Notes: generated by a model from the letters alone, not told the origin. Positions 11,317 to 25,827 are shown, counted from the whole stretch's first letter. The stretch: 63,033 nucleotides of DNA, filler included, from Chrysochromulina tobinii (GCA_001275005.1; 12 parts of 12 records of this genome joined end to end with filler, not necessarily neighbours in it); one strand, 5' to 3'. Numbers and translations: made by a program.

Positions 11317-14300
11317 ATGGCCTTCAGCGCGCGGCCGTACTTGCAGCAGCAGCAGCAGCAGCAGCAGCAGCGGGACGGCTTTGGCGCGTTCCCAAAGCGC
11401 GTGTGGAGCCCGCGCGACGTGGTCTCCGCTGCGCGGAGGGATGAGGCTCGCAGCAGCACAGCGGATGGCTTGCTCCATCGCAGGGGCCGCGCGCCCAAGC
11501 CGATGGTTCGCACGTCGCTCGGCGCGGAGGCGCGGGCCCTGCTGGCACGAATGGCGTCCGATCAGCCGCCTGGGCCGAGCGGCTTTGGAAGCAAGGTCTC
11601 GATCGATGGCGAGCATTTGCTCGCACTCTTCGGTGGCAGCAAGGTGCCGAAGTGGCTCGAGCCGACAGTTGAGGACACGGCCCATGCGTCGATCATGTCC
11701 ATCGTAAACCAGAGCGACGAGGCGGCGTTTAAATGCCTCAAGAGCCTCATAACAGAAGCGAGCAAATCGATGGAGCAAGCCGAGTCGAAGGCGAAGCTAG
11801 TCGAGGAGAAGCGAACGAAAGCGAGCCGAGAGACGTATGACGAATCCGTGGCGTCGGTCCATGGTGGTCGCAAGCGGCGCAGCCTGCTCGTGGGTGAGCG
11901 CGACGACCTCCGCTGATGACTACTGATGACCACTGATGACCACTGATTGCTTCCCTCATCAGGTGCGCGCGACGACCTCCGCTGATGACTACTGATGACC
12001 ACTGATGACCACTGATTGTTTCCCTCATCAGGTGCGCGCGACGACCTCCGCTCGTCCAAGGACGACGCCGGTGGCGACGTGGCCAACCTCGCCGACCTGG
12101 TCGATATCTTAGAAGAGCATGAACTCTCCGACGAGGGCGATGAGGGCGAGGGGAGAGGGTACGATCGGCGGCTGGCCGACGGCGGTGGCGGCGGCGGCGG
12201 TGCTGGTGCTGGTGCTGGTGCTGGTGATGGCCGTGCTGGCCGTGCCGCGGGCGGTGTGGCGGGCGGCTCGTCGGGTGCAGTGGCCGTGCCGACCCCGAGC
12301 TGGATGAGTATGCCGCTCGTGCCACCGGTGACGCAAGGCAAGGGCCCAGAGGAGGAGGAGGAGGAGGAGGAGGAGGAGGAGGAGGAGGGCAACCACGTCC
12401 GAGGACGACCGTCACGCCTGGCGACCGGTCGACTGCACCGACTGATCGAGGGCAGTCCCATAGCAGGCAACGGAGGCGGCGGCGGCGCTTTGAACCATCG
12501 GTCCTTGCCTAATAAGGCAATCGATGAGCTTCGGAGCCGTGGGGATCTGTCGGAGTGGCCCGAAGCGCTACCGGTCACTCCCGACGCCATCGTGGCGCTC
12601 ATGAAACGCGTCGTCTTCTTCAAAGGGGCTTACACAGCGCATGCCGACTGCCGGCGTACGCTGGCCTCGTGGTTCGAAGTGCAGTACGTCGAGCCGTTCA
12701 CCACGATCGCCGAGGAAGGGCACTGGTGCCACTCGTTCGTGCTGCTGCACACGGGGGCGCTTGAGGCGCGAGGAGCCCCCCTCATTGCCTCCGCCCGTGT
12801 GGGACATGGGGCTTCCATATCAGGCAACCGACACATCCAGGCAGAGGGCGGCGTGGACGGTCGGCCGTTGACGAAAGAGGAGAGAGGCCTCGTGCGTTCT
12901 TCCCTCATGACCAATGATTGCTTCCCTCATCACAAGAGAGGCCTCGTGCGTTCTTCCCTCGATACCAATGATTGCTTCCCTCATCACAAGAGAGGCCTCG
13001 TGCGTTCTTCCCTCATGACCAATGATTGCTGCCCTCATCAGGTGCGCTCTTCCCTCGTGACCAGAGAGGCGCTGCCCGTGCCAACCGTCTCGGGCGAGTT
13101 CGACGCTCTCGAGCCTGTGCTGCTTCTCCCGGGCGCCCACTTTGGGGAGCAGGCCTTCTTTACCGAGATGCGCCCGCATACGTGCTCGGTGCGCACTGAT
13201 GACCACTGATGACCACTGATGACCACTGATTGCGTCCCTCATCTGTACCGAGATGCGCCCGCATACGTGCTCGGTGCGCACTGATGACCACTGATAACCA
13301 CTGATTGCTTCCCTCATCAGGTGCGCGCGCTCGAGCGCTGTGTGCTGATGACCACTGATGACCACTGATGACCACTGATTGCTTCCCTCATCAGGTGCGC
13401 ACGCTCGAGCGCTGTGTGCTGCTCGTGCTCCGGCGCGACGTCCTGGCTGATCAGTTGCCCGAGTTGCCTAACATGGCGCGCATCGCGTGGGCCGAGCAGC
13501 GCGCTCGACACGACGCGCTCTACGGCGCGCTCGCGGGCCGTTGGATCCACCACGCGCTGCGTCGGCTGCATGTCATCGAGCGGCTCCACCGGACGGACCT
13601 GTGGAGGCTCGAGGCGATGGTTACGTACCGTGTGCTCGCGCCCGGCGCGACGCTCTACCGGCTGGGCGAGCGTGTGAGCCATCTGACGATCCTGCTGCGC
13701 GGGGAGCTGGGGTTGCATCAGCCCGGCGCAGACGATGCACATGAGAGGATCGCTGCTTCGCTACGTGTCTCGTTACGAGGCGCGCCGCCGCTGCTCCCCA
13801 ACACAGCGCCGCCGCTGCTGCCCAACACGGCGCCGCGGCGGCTGCCGGAGGACGAGGACGCGGAGCCGACTGACGCGGAGGTGACGGGCGTGGAGGTGAC
13901 CACGCTTTCAAGCACGGCCGGCGCACCCTTCCATCCGGCGCGCTCCATATTAGGCAAGGCCGACCCAGCTTCCAAGCACCGACCCGCTACCACCGAGCCG
14001 GTGCGCGCCGTGTTGGGCACGGCGCGCGCCACGTCGCGTGCGCCGCTGCCGCCGCTACGGCGCCTGGTCACCGAGGCGTCCGCAGTCCCATTCGTCGGAG
14101 ACGAGCCTCTGCTGCTCGCCACGGCGGCCGCCGCGGCTACGGGCGCGCCGTCCGAGTTCCTCGTGCGCGCGCGCACGCCCGTGTGCGTGGCCGTGCTCGA
14201 GTACAGTACTCTCGCGAGACGCGCGCCCGCCCTCCTCACAGAGCTTCGTCAACTCGTCGCCCACGCACGCATGCATCCCTCGAGCCTCATGGCCGCGCTG

Positions 14301-14396
14301 CTGCAGCCGCTGCCACCTCCGCCAGCCCCGAAGGGCAAACACGCAGCCGCCACGATACGCCCGACACGGCGCTTTCGTCAAGAGGGCATCCAGTAG
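11317..14396 (+). CDS. Cyclic-nucleotide-binding domain protein; join(11317..11893,12032..12891,13042..13188,13395..14396), 861 aa
   Basis: Removing three GT-AG introns gives one frame and restores GAHFGEQAFFTEMRPHTCS|VRTLERCVLLVL; a second degenerate cNMP domain follows (PGATLYRLGE..LLRGEL). Confidence 0.8.
11894..12031 (+). mobile_element. Family-1 duplication-flanked intron made of two tandem 69-nt GT...AG units
   Basis: Each unit is a 21-nt copy of the next exon start plus CTGATGAC(T/C)A decamers plus CTGATTGYTTCCCTCATCAG; AG|GT at 11962/11963. Confidence 0.8.
12892..13041 (+). mobile_element. Family-1 intron, three units (54-nt period), internal acceptors changed to TCATCAC
   Basis: Starts GTGCGTTCTTCCCTC versus exon GTGCGCTCTTCCCTC; ends GCCCTCATCAG; 150 nt, in frame and stop-free. 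Confidence 0.7.
13189..13394 (+). mobile_element. Family-1 intron, three units, AG|GT at 13320/13321
   Basis: The last unit starts with a 27-nt copy (1 mismatch) of the next exon; (CTGATGACCA)n; removal restores the cNMP motif. Confidence 0.8.
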
Positions 14397-14693
14397 AGTA
14401 GACCCGATCGGATAAAGCGCCCGACGGCTGTAGCAAGTAAAAAAAATCTTCGGAGTTCGGTGTCCAAACTGCGCTGTATGATAATCTATGATTAGAACGA
14501 TTTCCCCACTGGTTTCGGCAACCACGCGACTTGTTTCTTATGACGCCGATCGACGAGATCGGGTCCTTGATCGGGTCGCACATCGCACATCCACAAGAGG
14601 TGAGCACACAACGCATGTGCCGCGTGGGACGGACGCGGATGGGGATGCTGGCGGCGGGGCCCCGGGCGCCGCCCTGAGAGTGCCGATTCGGTT

Positions 14694-14770
14694 CATCTAA
14701 TGGAGATCGAGCTCCGCCCCTCCTATGGAGATCTAATGGAGATCTAATGGAGATGGAGCTCCGCCCCCTC
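14694..14770 (-). repeat. ATCTCCATTAG 11-mer array with duplicated GAGGGGGCGGAGCTC at the 3' end of the dehydrogenase ORF
   Basis: Read directly. Confidence 0.7.
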
Positions 14771-15880
14771 TCGCGCGCGCTTGGTGCCATAGCGCACGAC
14801 CTCCTGCAGCCGCGTCAGGTCGGCCGCGCTGTGGGGCCCCTCTATCGCGACCGCACTGGGCCAGGACGAGGGCGATGCGCCCACGACGGCGCTCGGCAAC
14901 GGCTCGGCGGGTAGGCCCGCCGCCTCATCCAGCAGATTGCATGCGAGTTGCGGCAGTTGAGCCGGTAGGCCGTGCGCGGCAAAGTAGGGCAGCCGCGAGC
15001 CCCAAAAGTTGCGCCAGGTTCGCAGCGTCGCGCCCGGATTGCGCAGGTAATCAGCCTCGGCGCGGGAGGACATGCGACCGGCAGAGGCGAGCAGAAAGTC
15101 AGGAACCTGTGGGGCATTGGGGAGATGGCGCCGTGGTGAGCACGTGCATGCTGAGGCGAGCCGAAAGTGACGAACCTGCTGCAGCCGGACGCCCGCCTCT
15201 CTCGCGTAGAGGGCAGTGTCGACTCCCTCTGCCTCGAGCATCGCCGCATTCGAGAGGAAGGAGAGGAAGTTGACGAAGTAGAGGTCGACCACCGCGTAGT
15301 CGAGCGCGCGTGAGGCTCCCACTGGGCCGCTGAACGTCACCGTCCCCAACCGGGAGAGCACTCGGTCCCACTCGCGCACGATGGCACCGCCATCGGCGTC
15401 CGAGGAGACGAAACACTGGCCGCCGCCGGCGCGTGCTTTGGCCGGCGAGCCCGAATACGCACCGTCGATGTACGCAGCGACCGTGCTGGCCGTTGCGTCG
15501 CGGACCGTGCGTCCCTCGTCCGGATTGCCGCTCACGAGGTTGCACAGCACCTTGCCACGGAGCGCTGCCTTGTTGGCCGCTGCCTCCGGAGTGGCGCCAT
15601 CCTCGTCGAGGCCGAAGGTCTCACGCACGACAGCTATCGTGGACAGCATCAGGATGACCAACCCGCCCTCACGCACTGCAGAGAGGGCCTCCGGGATACT
15701 TGTAAATGCCGTGCAGGGTGCGTCACCGGGCTCCGTTGCAAGCGCAGCTGCCACAGAGTACGTGCGATTCCATACTGCAACACCCACGCCCTCGTCGCGA
15801 AGCCGCCGCACAAATCCGCAGCCCATCTTGCCGCAGCCAAGTAGCGCCACCTCGAACGAGGCACTCGCGCTCGTCGCCAT
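14744..15880 (-). CDS. NADPH-dependent imine-reductase-like / beta-hydroxyacid dehydrogenase family protein; intron 15107-15175; 3' end uncertain
   Basis: GCGKMG Rossmann motif, VWNRT, YIDGAYSGSP, GASRALDYAVVDLYF..FLSNAAMLEAEGV. Confidence 0.8.
   Translation of the reverse strand: MATSASASFEVALLGCGKMGCGFVRRLRDEGVGVAVWNRTYSVAAALATEPGDAPCTAFTSIPEALSAVREGGLVILMLSTIAVVRETFGLDEDGATPEAAANKAALRGKVLCNLVSGNPDEGRTVRDATASTVAAYIDGAYSGSPAKARAGGGQCFVSSDADGGAIVREWDRVLSRLGTVTFSGPVGASRALDYAVVDLYFVNFLSFLSNAAMLEAEGVDTALYAREAGVRLQQVRHFRLASACTCSPRRHLPNAPQVPDFLLASAGRMSSRAEADYLRNPGATLRTWRNFWGSRLPYFAAHGLPAQLPQLACNLLDEAAGLPAEPLPSAVVGASPSSWPSAVAIEGPHSAADLTRLQEVVRYGTKRAREGAELHLH
15107..15175 (-). mobile_element. Family-2 duplication-flanked intron (69 nt, in frame)
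   Basis: GTTCGTCACTTTCGGCTCGCCTC versus next exon GTTCCTGACTTTCTGCTCGCCTC (20/23); body GCATGCACGTGCTCACCACGGC...CCCCACAG shared with the intron at 61171-61253. Confidence 0.75.
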
Positions 15881-16103
15881 GTAGCGGCCGCCCACGACGA
15901 CGCGTGGTCATTGCACAACTTTCGGCGATCAGGGACTGCCCGACAGTGACCCAGGATACTTGGCGACCCTCGAAATGTGACCTCATTTGGGCTCATTTCG
16001 ACCTCAAGTCCATTTATGGCAAAACGAAAAAAGCATTTTTTCCACTAACGCGAGTGCGCGTCTCGGCAGCCCCGTCTGTGCTGGTCTCTCACCTGGCCTC
16101 GCA

Positions 16104-17165
16104 ATGAGGATTTCGCGCCTTCTCTTTGCTGTGGCTGGGCTATTGCATCCGATCGTGGGCTCGGACACTGCATGTGTAACGGAACAGCACGCTGCGGAAC
16201 GGAAGGAGCAATTTGGGAGTTATGGAGCCCATTTTGATTGCAGCCTCATCAGCCGTGTCCAACCAGGACAAGGCCCACTCTACGTCGCAGTCTTAATCGA
16301 CAAGTCGGGATCCAACACTCTGATGGAGGCCTTCACATTCCGTGCCAGAGATCGAGGTTGGCCCAAGATCTCGGCGTGCTGCCAAGGAACCGTCAAGGAG
16401 CTGACCGAATTGTGTAAGATTCCGTTGATCGGGCCGGACTGTCGATTCAGCCCGGACCACGCTGTCGTGCTAGATCAGCGGTTTGGGTTCTGCGAGGAAG
16501 TAGTGCACGGCTCGAGGCCGTGCCGCTACATCTTGTTGCTGCGAGATCCCATCGATCGACTGATCTCGTCTTACAACTTCTTTTGCGTGGCCTGCCAAGA
16601 AGATGGCCGTGAGTGCAGGCAGGCTGGCCTCGACAATCCCACTTGCAACCAGGCCGGCCTCGACCATCCCAAGTGTAGGCCGTCTGACCTCGACTGCCCA
16701 CGAATGTCGTTGATCGAGTACGCTCTCGCCAAGGGGAGCTATTACGCGAACACCTTATTTCCGAGGAGTAGCCCCAACTGGCGGCAAGCACGCGAGAGCG
16801 TCGACGGAGCATTCCGTGCGATTACGAAGCTCCTCGAGTCAGATGCAATCGCATTCGCATCGACCCTCGAGAACCTGGGATCTCAAGCCACCGCTCTGAC
16901 CAGCCTTCTCTCACCTGCGAACAGTTTGTCCTCACCGCCATCAACATGGGCACGCTCATTACACCGTATCCACAATTCGCTAGCAGGGTCCTGGGACCAC
17001 GCAGATCGTCGAGCCGACCTGTCTCCACTGGCGCAGGCGCGCGCTCGAGTACGAACCAAGGCCAGCCTCAATAGGACTGAGCTGAGGCTCCTTCGAGATA
17101 TTCTTGCACCTGACTATGATCTGTACCATCGAGTCGGTCGCCTTGAAATCAGGAATTCGATCTAG
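16104..17165 (+). CDS. Secretory-pathway sulfotransferase family protein
   Basis: Signal peptide; DKSGSNTL (5'-PSB-like) and LLLRDPIDRLISSYNF (3'-PB); C-terminal DYDLY. Confidence 0.75.
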   Translation: MRISRLLFAVAGLLHPIVGSDTACVTEQHAAERKEQFGSYGAHFDCSLISRVQPGQGPLYVAVLIDKSGSNTLMEAFTFRARDRGWPKISACCQGTVKELTELCKIPLIGPDCRFSPDHAVVLDQRFGFCEEVVHGSRPCRYILLLRDPIDRLISSYNFFCVACQEDGRECRQAGLDNPTCNQAGLDHPKCRPSDLDCPRMSLIEYALAKGSYYANTLFPRSSPNWRQARESVDGAFRAITKLLESDAIAFASTLENLGSQATALTSLLSPANSLSSPPSTWARSLHRIHNSLAGSWDHADRRADLSPLAQARARVRTKASLNRTELRLLRDILAPDYDLYHRVGRLEIRNSI

Positions 17166-17323
17166 AATGTGCGCGGCGGTCGCGTCGTGTTGGTTGCGGA
17201 GCGCGTGACCTAGATACATCTCCACACCGCACAGGGGGTGTGAAGACACAAAAATGGCGAGAAAGTCCTGCAAGCGTGTGCCGTCGCGGCCGTCTTTTTT
17301 GAGGACAGCGCCGCCATCCATCC

Positions 17324-18100
17324 ATGGACGAGGCTGCCGAGGCTGAGGCGCCACCGAACGCCGACGAGGCCGAGATATCCGGGTGGCACATGGACGAGGC
17401 TGCCTGGTACGATACGGTCGTAACGCATTGGACCAAGGCAGTGAGCGCCGAGGACAACGACGGCGTCCTCGGCGGCTGGGGTTGTGTCGATGAAGAGGAC
17501 GCGCGCGGCTCGCTGGCCTTCCTCGCGCAGACTTTGGGCGTGCCGGCGGCGCAGTGGCCCATCGCAGGGTATCGCGCCCTCGACTGCGGCGCTGGCATCG
17601 GCCGTGTGACCGGAGCTGTTCTGCTCAAGTCGTCCGAGAGGGTGCACCTGGTCGAGGTGAGCGAGGCGCTGCTCGCACAGGCAGCTGTCAAGCTGAGCGA
17701 GCACGCGGCGCGCATCGAGTGCTCTCAGACGTCGCTGCGCGACTTCGCTCCACCGGCGGGCTCGTACAACCTTGTATGGTGCCAGTGGGTGCTTGGCCAT
17801 CTGACCGACAGGGACGTAGTCGCTCTGCTGCATCGATGCCGGAGCGCGCTGCGGCCGGGCGGCGCACTATTTGTCAAGGACAACGTGGCTCCATCGAAGC
17901 AATGCCCCTACGACGGCAAGTACATGCTCGACGAGGAGAACGCGGGCGTCATCCGGACGCACAATCACCTGTGGGCGCTCGCCCGGGCCGCGGGCTTCAA
18001 ACTGTCCAAGACGGCGCTGCAGACGAATTTCCCCGAGGGCCTGTACCCGGTGCGCATGTACTGCTTCGTGCCCAAGGAGGAGAGTGCTTGCTGCGTCTGA
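17324..18100 (+). CDS. NTMT1: Alpha-N-terminal protein methyltransferase (NTMT1/Tae1 family)
   Basis: DGVLGG, ALDCGAGIGRVT, WCQWVLGHLTD, VKDN, FPEGLYPVRMY. Confidence 0.93.
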   Translation: MDEAAEAEAPPNADEAEISGWHMDEAAWYDTVVTHWTKAVSAEDNDGVLGGWGCVDEEDARGSLAFLAQTLGVPAAQWPIAGYRALDCGAGIGRVTGAVLLKSSERVHLVEVSEALLAQAAVKLSEHAARIECSQTSLRDFAPPAGSYNLVWCQWVLGHLTDRDVVALLHRCRSALRPGGALFVKDNVAPSKQCPYDGKYMLDEENAGVIRTHNHLWALARAAGFKLSKTALQTNFPEGLYPVRMYCFVPKEESACCV

Positions 18101-18350
18101 GATCAACTAGGACAGCTCCTTGTCATGAATAGGCGCGCGGTCAGGTCTCCGGCCGGCAAGCTTCGTGTCGCTCCGTGTAGGGTGTCGCGGCGCGGCGGCG
18201 GTGTTGTCTCATCTCTCATGTTGTCTCATGTTGTCTATCTCAGTCTCAGTCTGAGTGCGGCCATGTGCGGCGGCGGTCGTTCACACCTCGTCGGCAAAGC
18301 GTGTGCTCGCGCTCGCGACAAGAAAGCCCGCTTTGCAGGCCCTGTTGCCG

Positions 18351-22044
<3,694 letters not shown>

Positions 22045-22176
22045 GTCATCCCTCACGCTACCGAACTCGCTCCCCTNNNNNNNNNNNNNNNNNNNNNNNN
22101 NNNNNNNNNNNNNNNNNNNNTTAATTAATTAANNNNNNNNNNNNNNNNNNNNNNNNNNNNNNNNNNNNNNNNNNNN

Positions 22177-25100
22177 GCGTGGAGATAGCCCCGGGCTCAA
22201 AGAGCTCATGCAATTGCGAGTAGGTGGCGAGGTGACTGCTGAAGATGTGTATAATTTTGAAGTGCGGCCAAGCATGACCAGGGAGCAGGGACATGAGCTT
22301 TGAAGTGGCTGTCGCGGAGCTCAACCGCACCAAAGGAGAGGCCTTTGCAGCTGTGTGGTTGACGAAATTGAGAAACAGAGCCAACTCAATTCAGCAGCAG
22401 AGAGGTGGGTTGTACACGGGCCATCACGATTGCGTCCGCTCAGTCTTCTGCAACCTGAATGCTGGAAGTCCAGAGCATGCCCAAATGTGCTTCGGCTGCA
22501 TGCTTCTGCTCTCAAATAGATCGTTCAATCGGCGTGTGAGGGCGCGCACAGAGTCTGGCCCAGAACCAGCCCAGACAGCCAAGTATTCGACGCTCACGGA
22601 CGATCAGAAGAATAAGCGGCTGAAAGAGCGGCATGATGATGCCGCGGTGGACGCGAAGCGAGAACAACGGCATGATAGAAGCGCAGATCGCATGCTTGCA
22701 GCTGCACACGCCCGCTTTGAGGTCGCACAGCTAGAGGCCCTCAGCATGTTAAGGAGCTTCATGACATCTGAAGCTCAGAGGGAACTCGAAAAATCGAGTT
22801 TGGAAGGCCAGCTTGAGGCTGCAGTATCAGCCCAACAGGAGGCAGAGCAAGCCTTAGAGCAGGCCACCACAAGCATGGGAGAGTCACTTATTGAGATCAC
22901 TCTGAAAGCTGCGCATGCTCAGGCTCAGCTAACTGCGCATCAGCTAGAGACAGCCTCAGCCCAGCTCGCGCATCAGAGAGAGATGGCCTCCGCCCAGGTC
23001 ACGCATCAGAGAGAGATGGCCTATGCCGAGATCGCTCATCAGAGAAAGATCGAGAGAGAGACGGCCTCAGTCGAGAAGGCGCATCTGCAAGAGATGGCCT
23101 CAACCCAGATCATGCATCAGAGAGAGATGGCCTCAGTCAAGAGGGCACATCAGAGAGAGACGGCCTCAGCCCAGATCGCGCATCAGAGAGAGACGGCCAA
23201 GCACGTACCAAGCTACCAAGCACGAGCGAGATATGGGGATGCTTAAGAAGGCGCACGAGATGGAGCTTGCATCCAGAGAAGCAGCCTTGGCTGATAGCTT
23301 TGGGAAGCTGCCGCTCGTCATTCAGAATCTGATTGTGGCCAACAAGACGGGTGCCTTGGAGAAGAATGCAACCACTGTTGCTCACTTGCTCTCCTAGAGG
23401 GGTCTGCGCCATGCGACCGTACTGGAACATGTACTCTGAGAATCGTGATGAGAATCGTGAGCCGTCTGGCCTGAACTGGCCGCCCCAGCACTCGCGGAAC
23501 TGGACGAAGCGCAGGATGCAGCCGTGGCAGGAGGTGATGAGGTCCAGGCACGTTTCTCTCGTCAAGAAGTTGATTTTCAGGTCGAAGCGATCGCTGACAT
23601 AGTACCGCCAGTGCAAAAGGAAGGCGAGGACCAAGGCGGCGTCCTTCACAGCATCAACTGGATTAGGATCACCATTCCGATCCTTGAGCCAGCTCTCAAG
23701 GTACCGCTGGAAGACGACAATCACTGCGTACGTGCCCTTGAGTTGCGTCTCCTGGGACGGGCCGTCGATGCGAGCCTTTAGGGCAGCTGCAACCGCTGGG
23801 CTGAACATCTTGAGCACGCCGGGCCAGTGCTGTTTGTTGTGTGGGTCGAGGTCCTTGCCGTTGAGCAATACATCCCCTGTCACATTGCGCAGGTTGGTCA
23901 GGTGGGCTGCCGCCGTGGTCAGCCCCGCCCCAATCTGCCACACTTTTCTCGGGGAGAGCATCTGCACGCGCCTTCTGGGTAGTGCGCAGATGCGGCCCGA
24001 ACAGGTTGTTCGCGACAAACTTGTGAGCCCAGGGCGAGCCCGAGTTGAGCAGCAGGCCGTAGAAAGCCTTCTCAGTGTCGTTGAGCTTGCGACCACGAGT
24101 AGATCCGTTCTTCAGGCAGGTTGAGATTCAACTCGCCTGTATGTTGCCAATCGACCAAAACGTTGAGCCGTCTGCGCGCGTGAAAAGCACTGCCAGGTCG
24201 TCGTCATCTGTGATATAGTCCAGGTCCGGATCGACAGCGTCACCTGCTCGCAAGTGCCCCTTGAGCAACCGCTTCACATGGAAGCGATACTTACGATCCT
24301 TGGACTCCTCCTGCAGCGTCTGGTTGAAGGCCGCGAGCAGCGCACTGAGCCACTGACCTCCTCTAGCACCGCCGCCCTGTCTGGGCTGAGCTCTTGTTCA
24401 TCTTCTGGGAGGGCAGTGCGCATCAGCTGGCCGAGCACCGCGTCCGCATCTTGAGCATCCTGAGCGGCGATGACGGTCTGGTCCACCGCCTCGCCATCCG
24501 GGCGGGCTTCCGTGGGGTCATCCTCCTTGTCACCCTCCTCAGCCATTGCAACACTGTATGTTCGATCCTTGAGTGGGAAGTGCTTCCACGGCTGCTTGAA
24601 AAAGCCATTCTGTACCGAGAGGTTGGTGTCGATGCCAATGTACGCAAGCAGCTGGATGGCGTCTTGGACACCGCAGTCGATCGCCGCAGTCAGGGCAGCA
24701 TCAGTCGGGTGCCACGACGGGCTGAAGGTCGGGATCTGAACACGATCAATGCTGTGTGGGATGCCTCGGAGAGACTGGGGCAGGCGCAACCCCGGGTTGT
24801 CGGCCTCGAGGTGCTGGTTGTAGAGGTAGTGCTGCATGTGGATAAACCAGCCCTTGACCAACACGAGAGGCGGTTGCAGTGGCGAGGGGCAATGTTGACC
24901 GTGCGAGGGCAGTCGGGGCTCGTAGCGGGGTCTACCTGGCTTCTCTTGATGCGGACGAGCGCCCCATCAAAGGGGTGCACATCGACGACCCCAAAGCCAT
25001 GTTCCTCTTTCGCTGGTACCAGGAGATAGACAAATCGGGCAAAGTGTTAAAGGGCTACCAAAACAAGGAGTGCACGGCCTACTTTCTCCCTCACGACAAT

Positions 25101-25244
25101 GGGGGGTATACATTCGAGTGGGTGAGCAACCTGCAGGTCATCTGCCCTGTCCACCTCTCTCCTCACCCAGACAAGAACCGCACCTTCAAACTCCCAGCAG
25201 CAGACAGGAAGACTGTCACAGAAGCAATGAAAGACAAAAAGTGA
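22177..25244. mobile_element. Decayed DNA-transposon transposase (P-superfamily-like), with frameshifts, an internal deletion and two inverted segments
   Basis: Fragments GRKLNDTEKAFYGLLLNSGSPWAHKFVANNLFGPHLRT, DLDPHNKQHWPGVLKMFS, KGTYAVI, NFLTRETCLDL, SSRFSEYMFQYGR resemble P-type transposase segments; superfamily assignment is from motif recall. Confidence 0.6.
22911..23198 (+). repeat. 33-nt coding minisatellite (AHQRE[MT]ASAQx, about 8 copies)
   Basis: GCATCAGAGAGAGA(T/C)GGCCTC recurs with a roughly 33-nt period. Confidence 0.85.
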
Positions 25245-25309
25245 GACAAAGAAAAGCTATGAACCCAGTAGAGATAACCCCTAATACCCCTGACAAATCG
25301 TAAGCATCG

Positions 25310-25552
25310 GGCTCGACAGCTCAATAGCTCGACAGCTCGACACACGCTTGACACCTCGACACCTCGACAGGCTCGACAGCTCGACAAAGCTCGACAGCTT
25401 CTCGACAGCTCGACGCGCCGGCACATGTAGTCAGCCTCGACGGGGCTCGACAGGAACTCGACAGGCTCGACAAGGCTCGACAGGCAAGGCCTCGTACGAC
25501 AACGGCCTCGACAACGGCTCGACGGAGCCTCGACAGCTCGACAGCTCGACAG
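25310..25552. repeat. Array of about 20 CTCGAC(A/G) motifs, probable transposon subterminal repeats
   Basis: Starts about 65 nt after the transposase stop; irregular 8-13 nt spacing. Confidence 0.75.
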
Positions 25553-25723
25553 CCAGGGCTCAAGGAAGGAGAAGGAGAGAAGAGGGAGTCTGTAGAAGAA
25601 ATGGCACTAATATAGCTCCGTAGAATATAGTGTGCTGCTTTATATCTCAAGCATTCTATAACGTTACAGGTACGACGCTCCGCGGGCTCTTTCCTCGCGG
25701 GCGTCCCGTCGGCGGCGGCCGGG

Positions 25724-25827
25724 CCTGCGAGGGCGGCGGCGGCGAGGGCGGCGGCGGCGAGGGCGGCGGCGGCGAGGGCGGCGGCGGCGATGGCGGCTAG
25801 GGAGGCGGCGGCGAGGGTCATGGCGAG

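Noticed and set aside
12012..12031. Hammerhead ribozyme core on the antisense strand (CTGATGA-GG-GAAAC)
   Set aside because: Only this copy has GAAA (most others read GAAG or GAGG) and there is no room for stem II
13196..13240. Box C/D snoRNA motifs (TGATGA, CTGA) in the decamer
   Set aside because: No guide region or terminal stem; the motifs are a by-product of the tandem unit
11913..13394. CRISPR-like repeat-spacer look of the CCCTCATCAG units
   Set aside because: The spacers are copies of adjacent exon sequence, the host is eukaryotic and no cas genes are present
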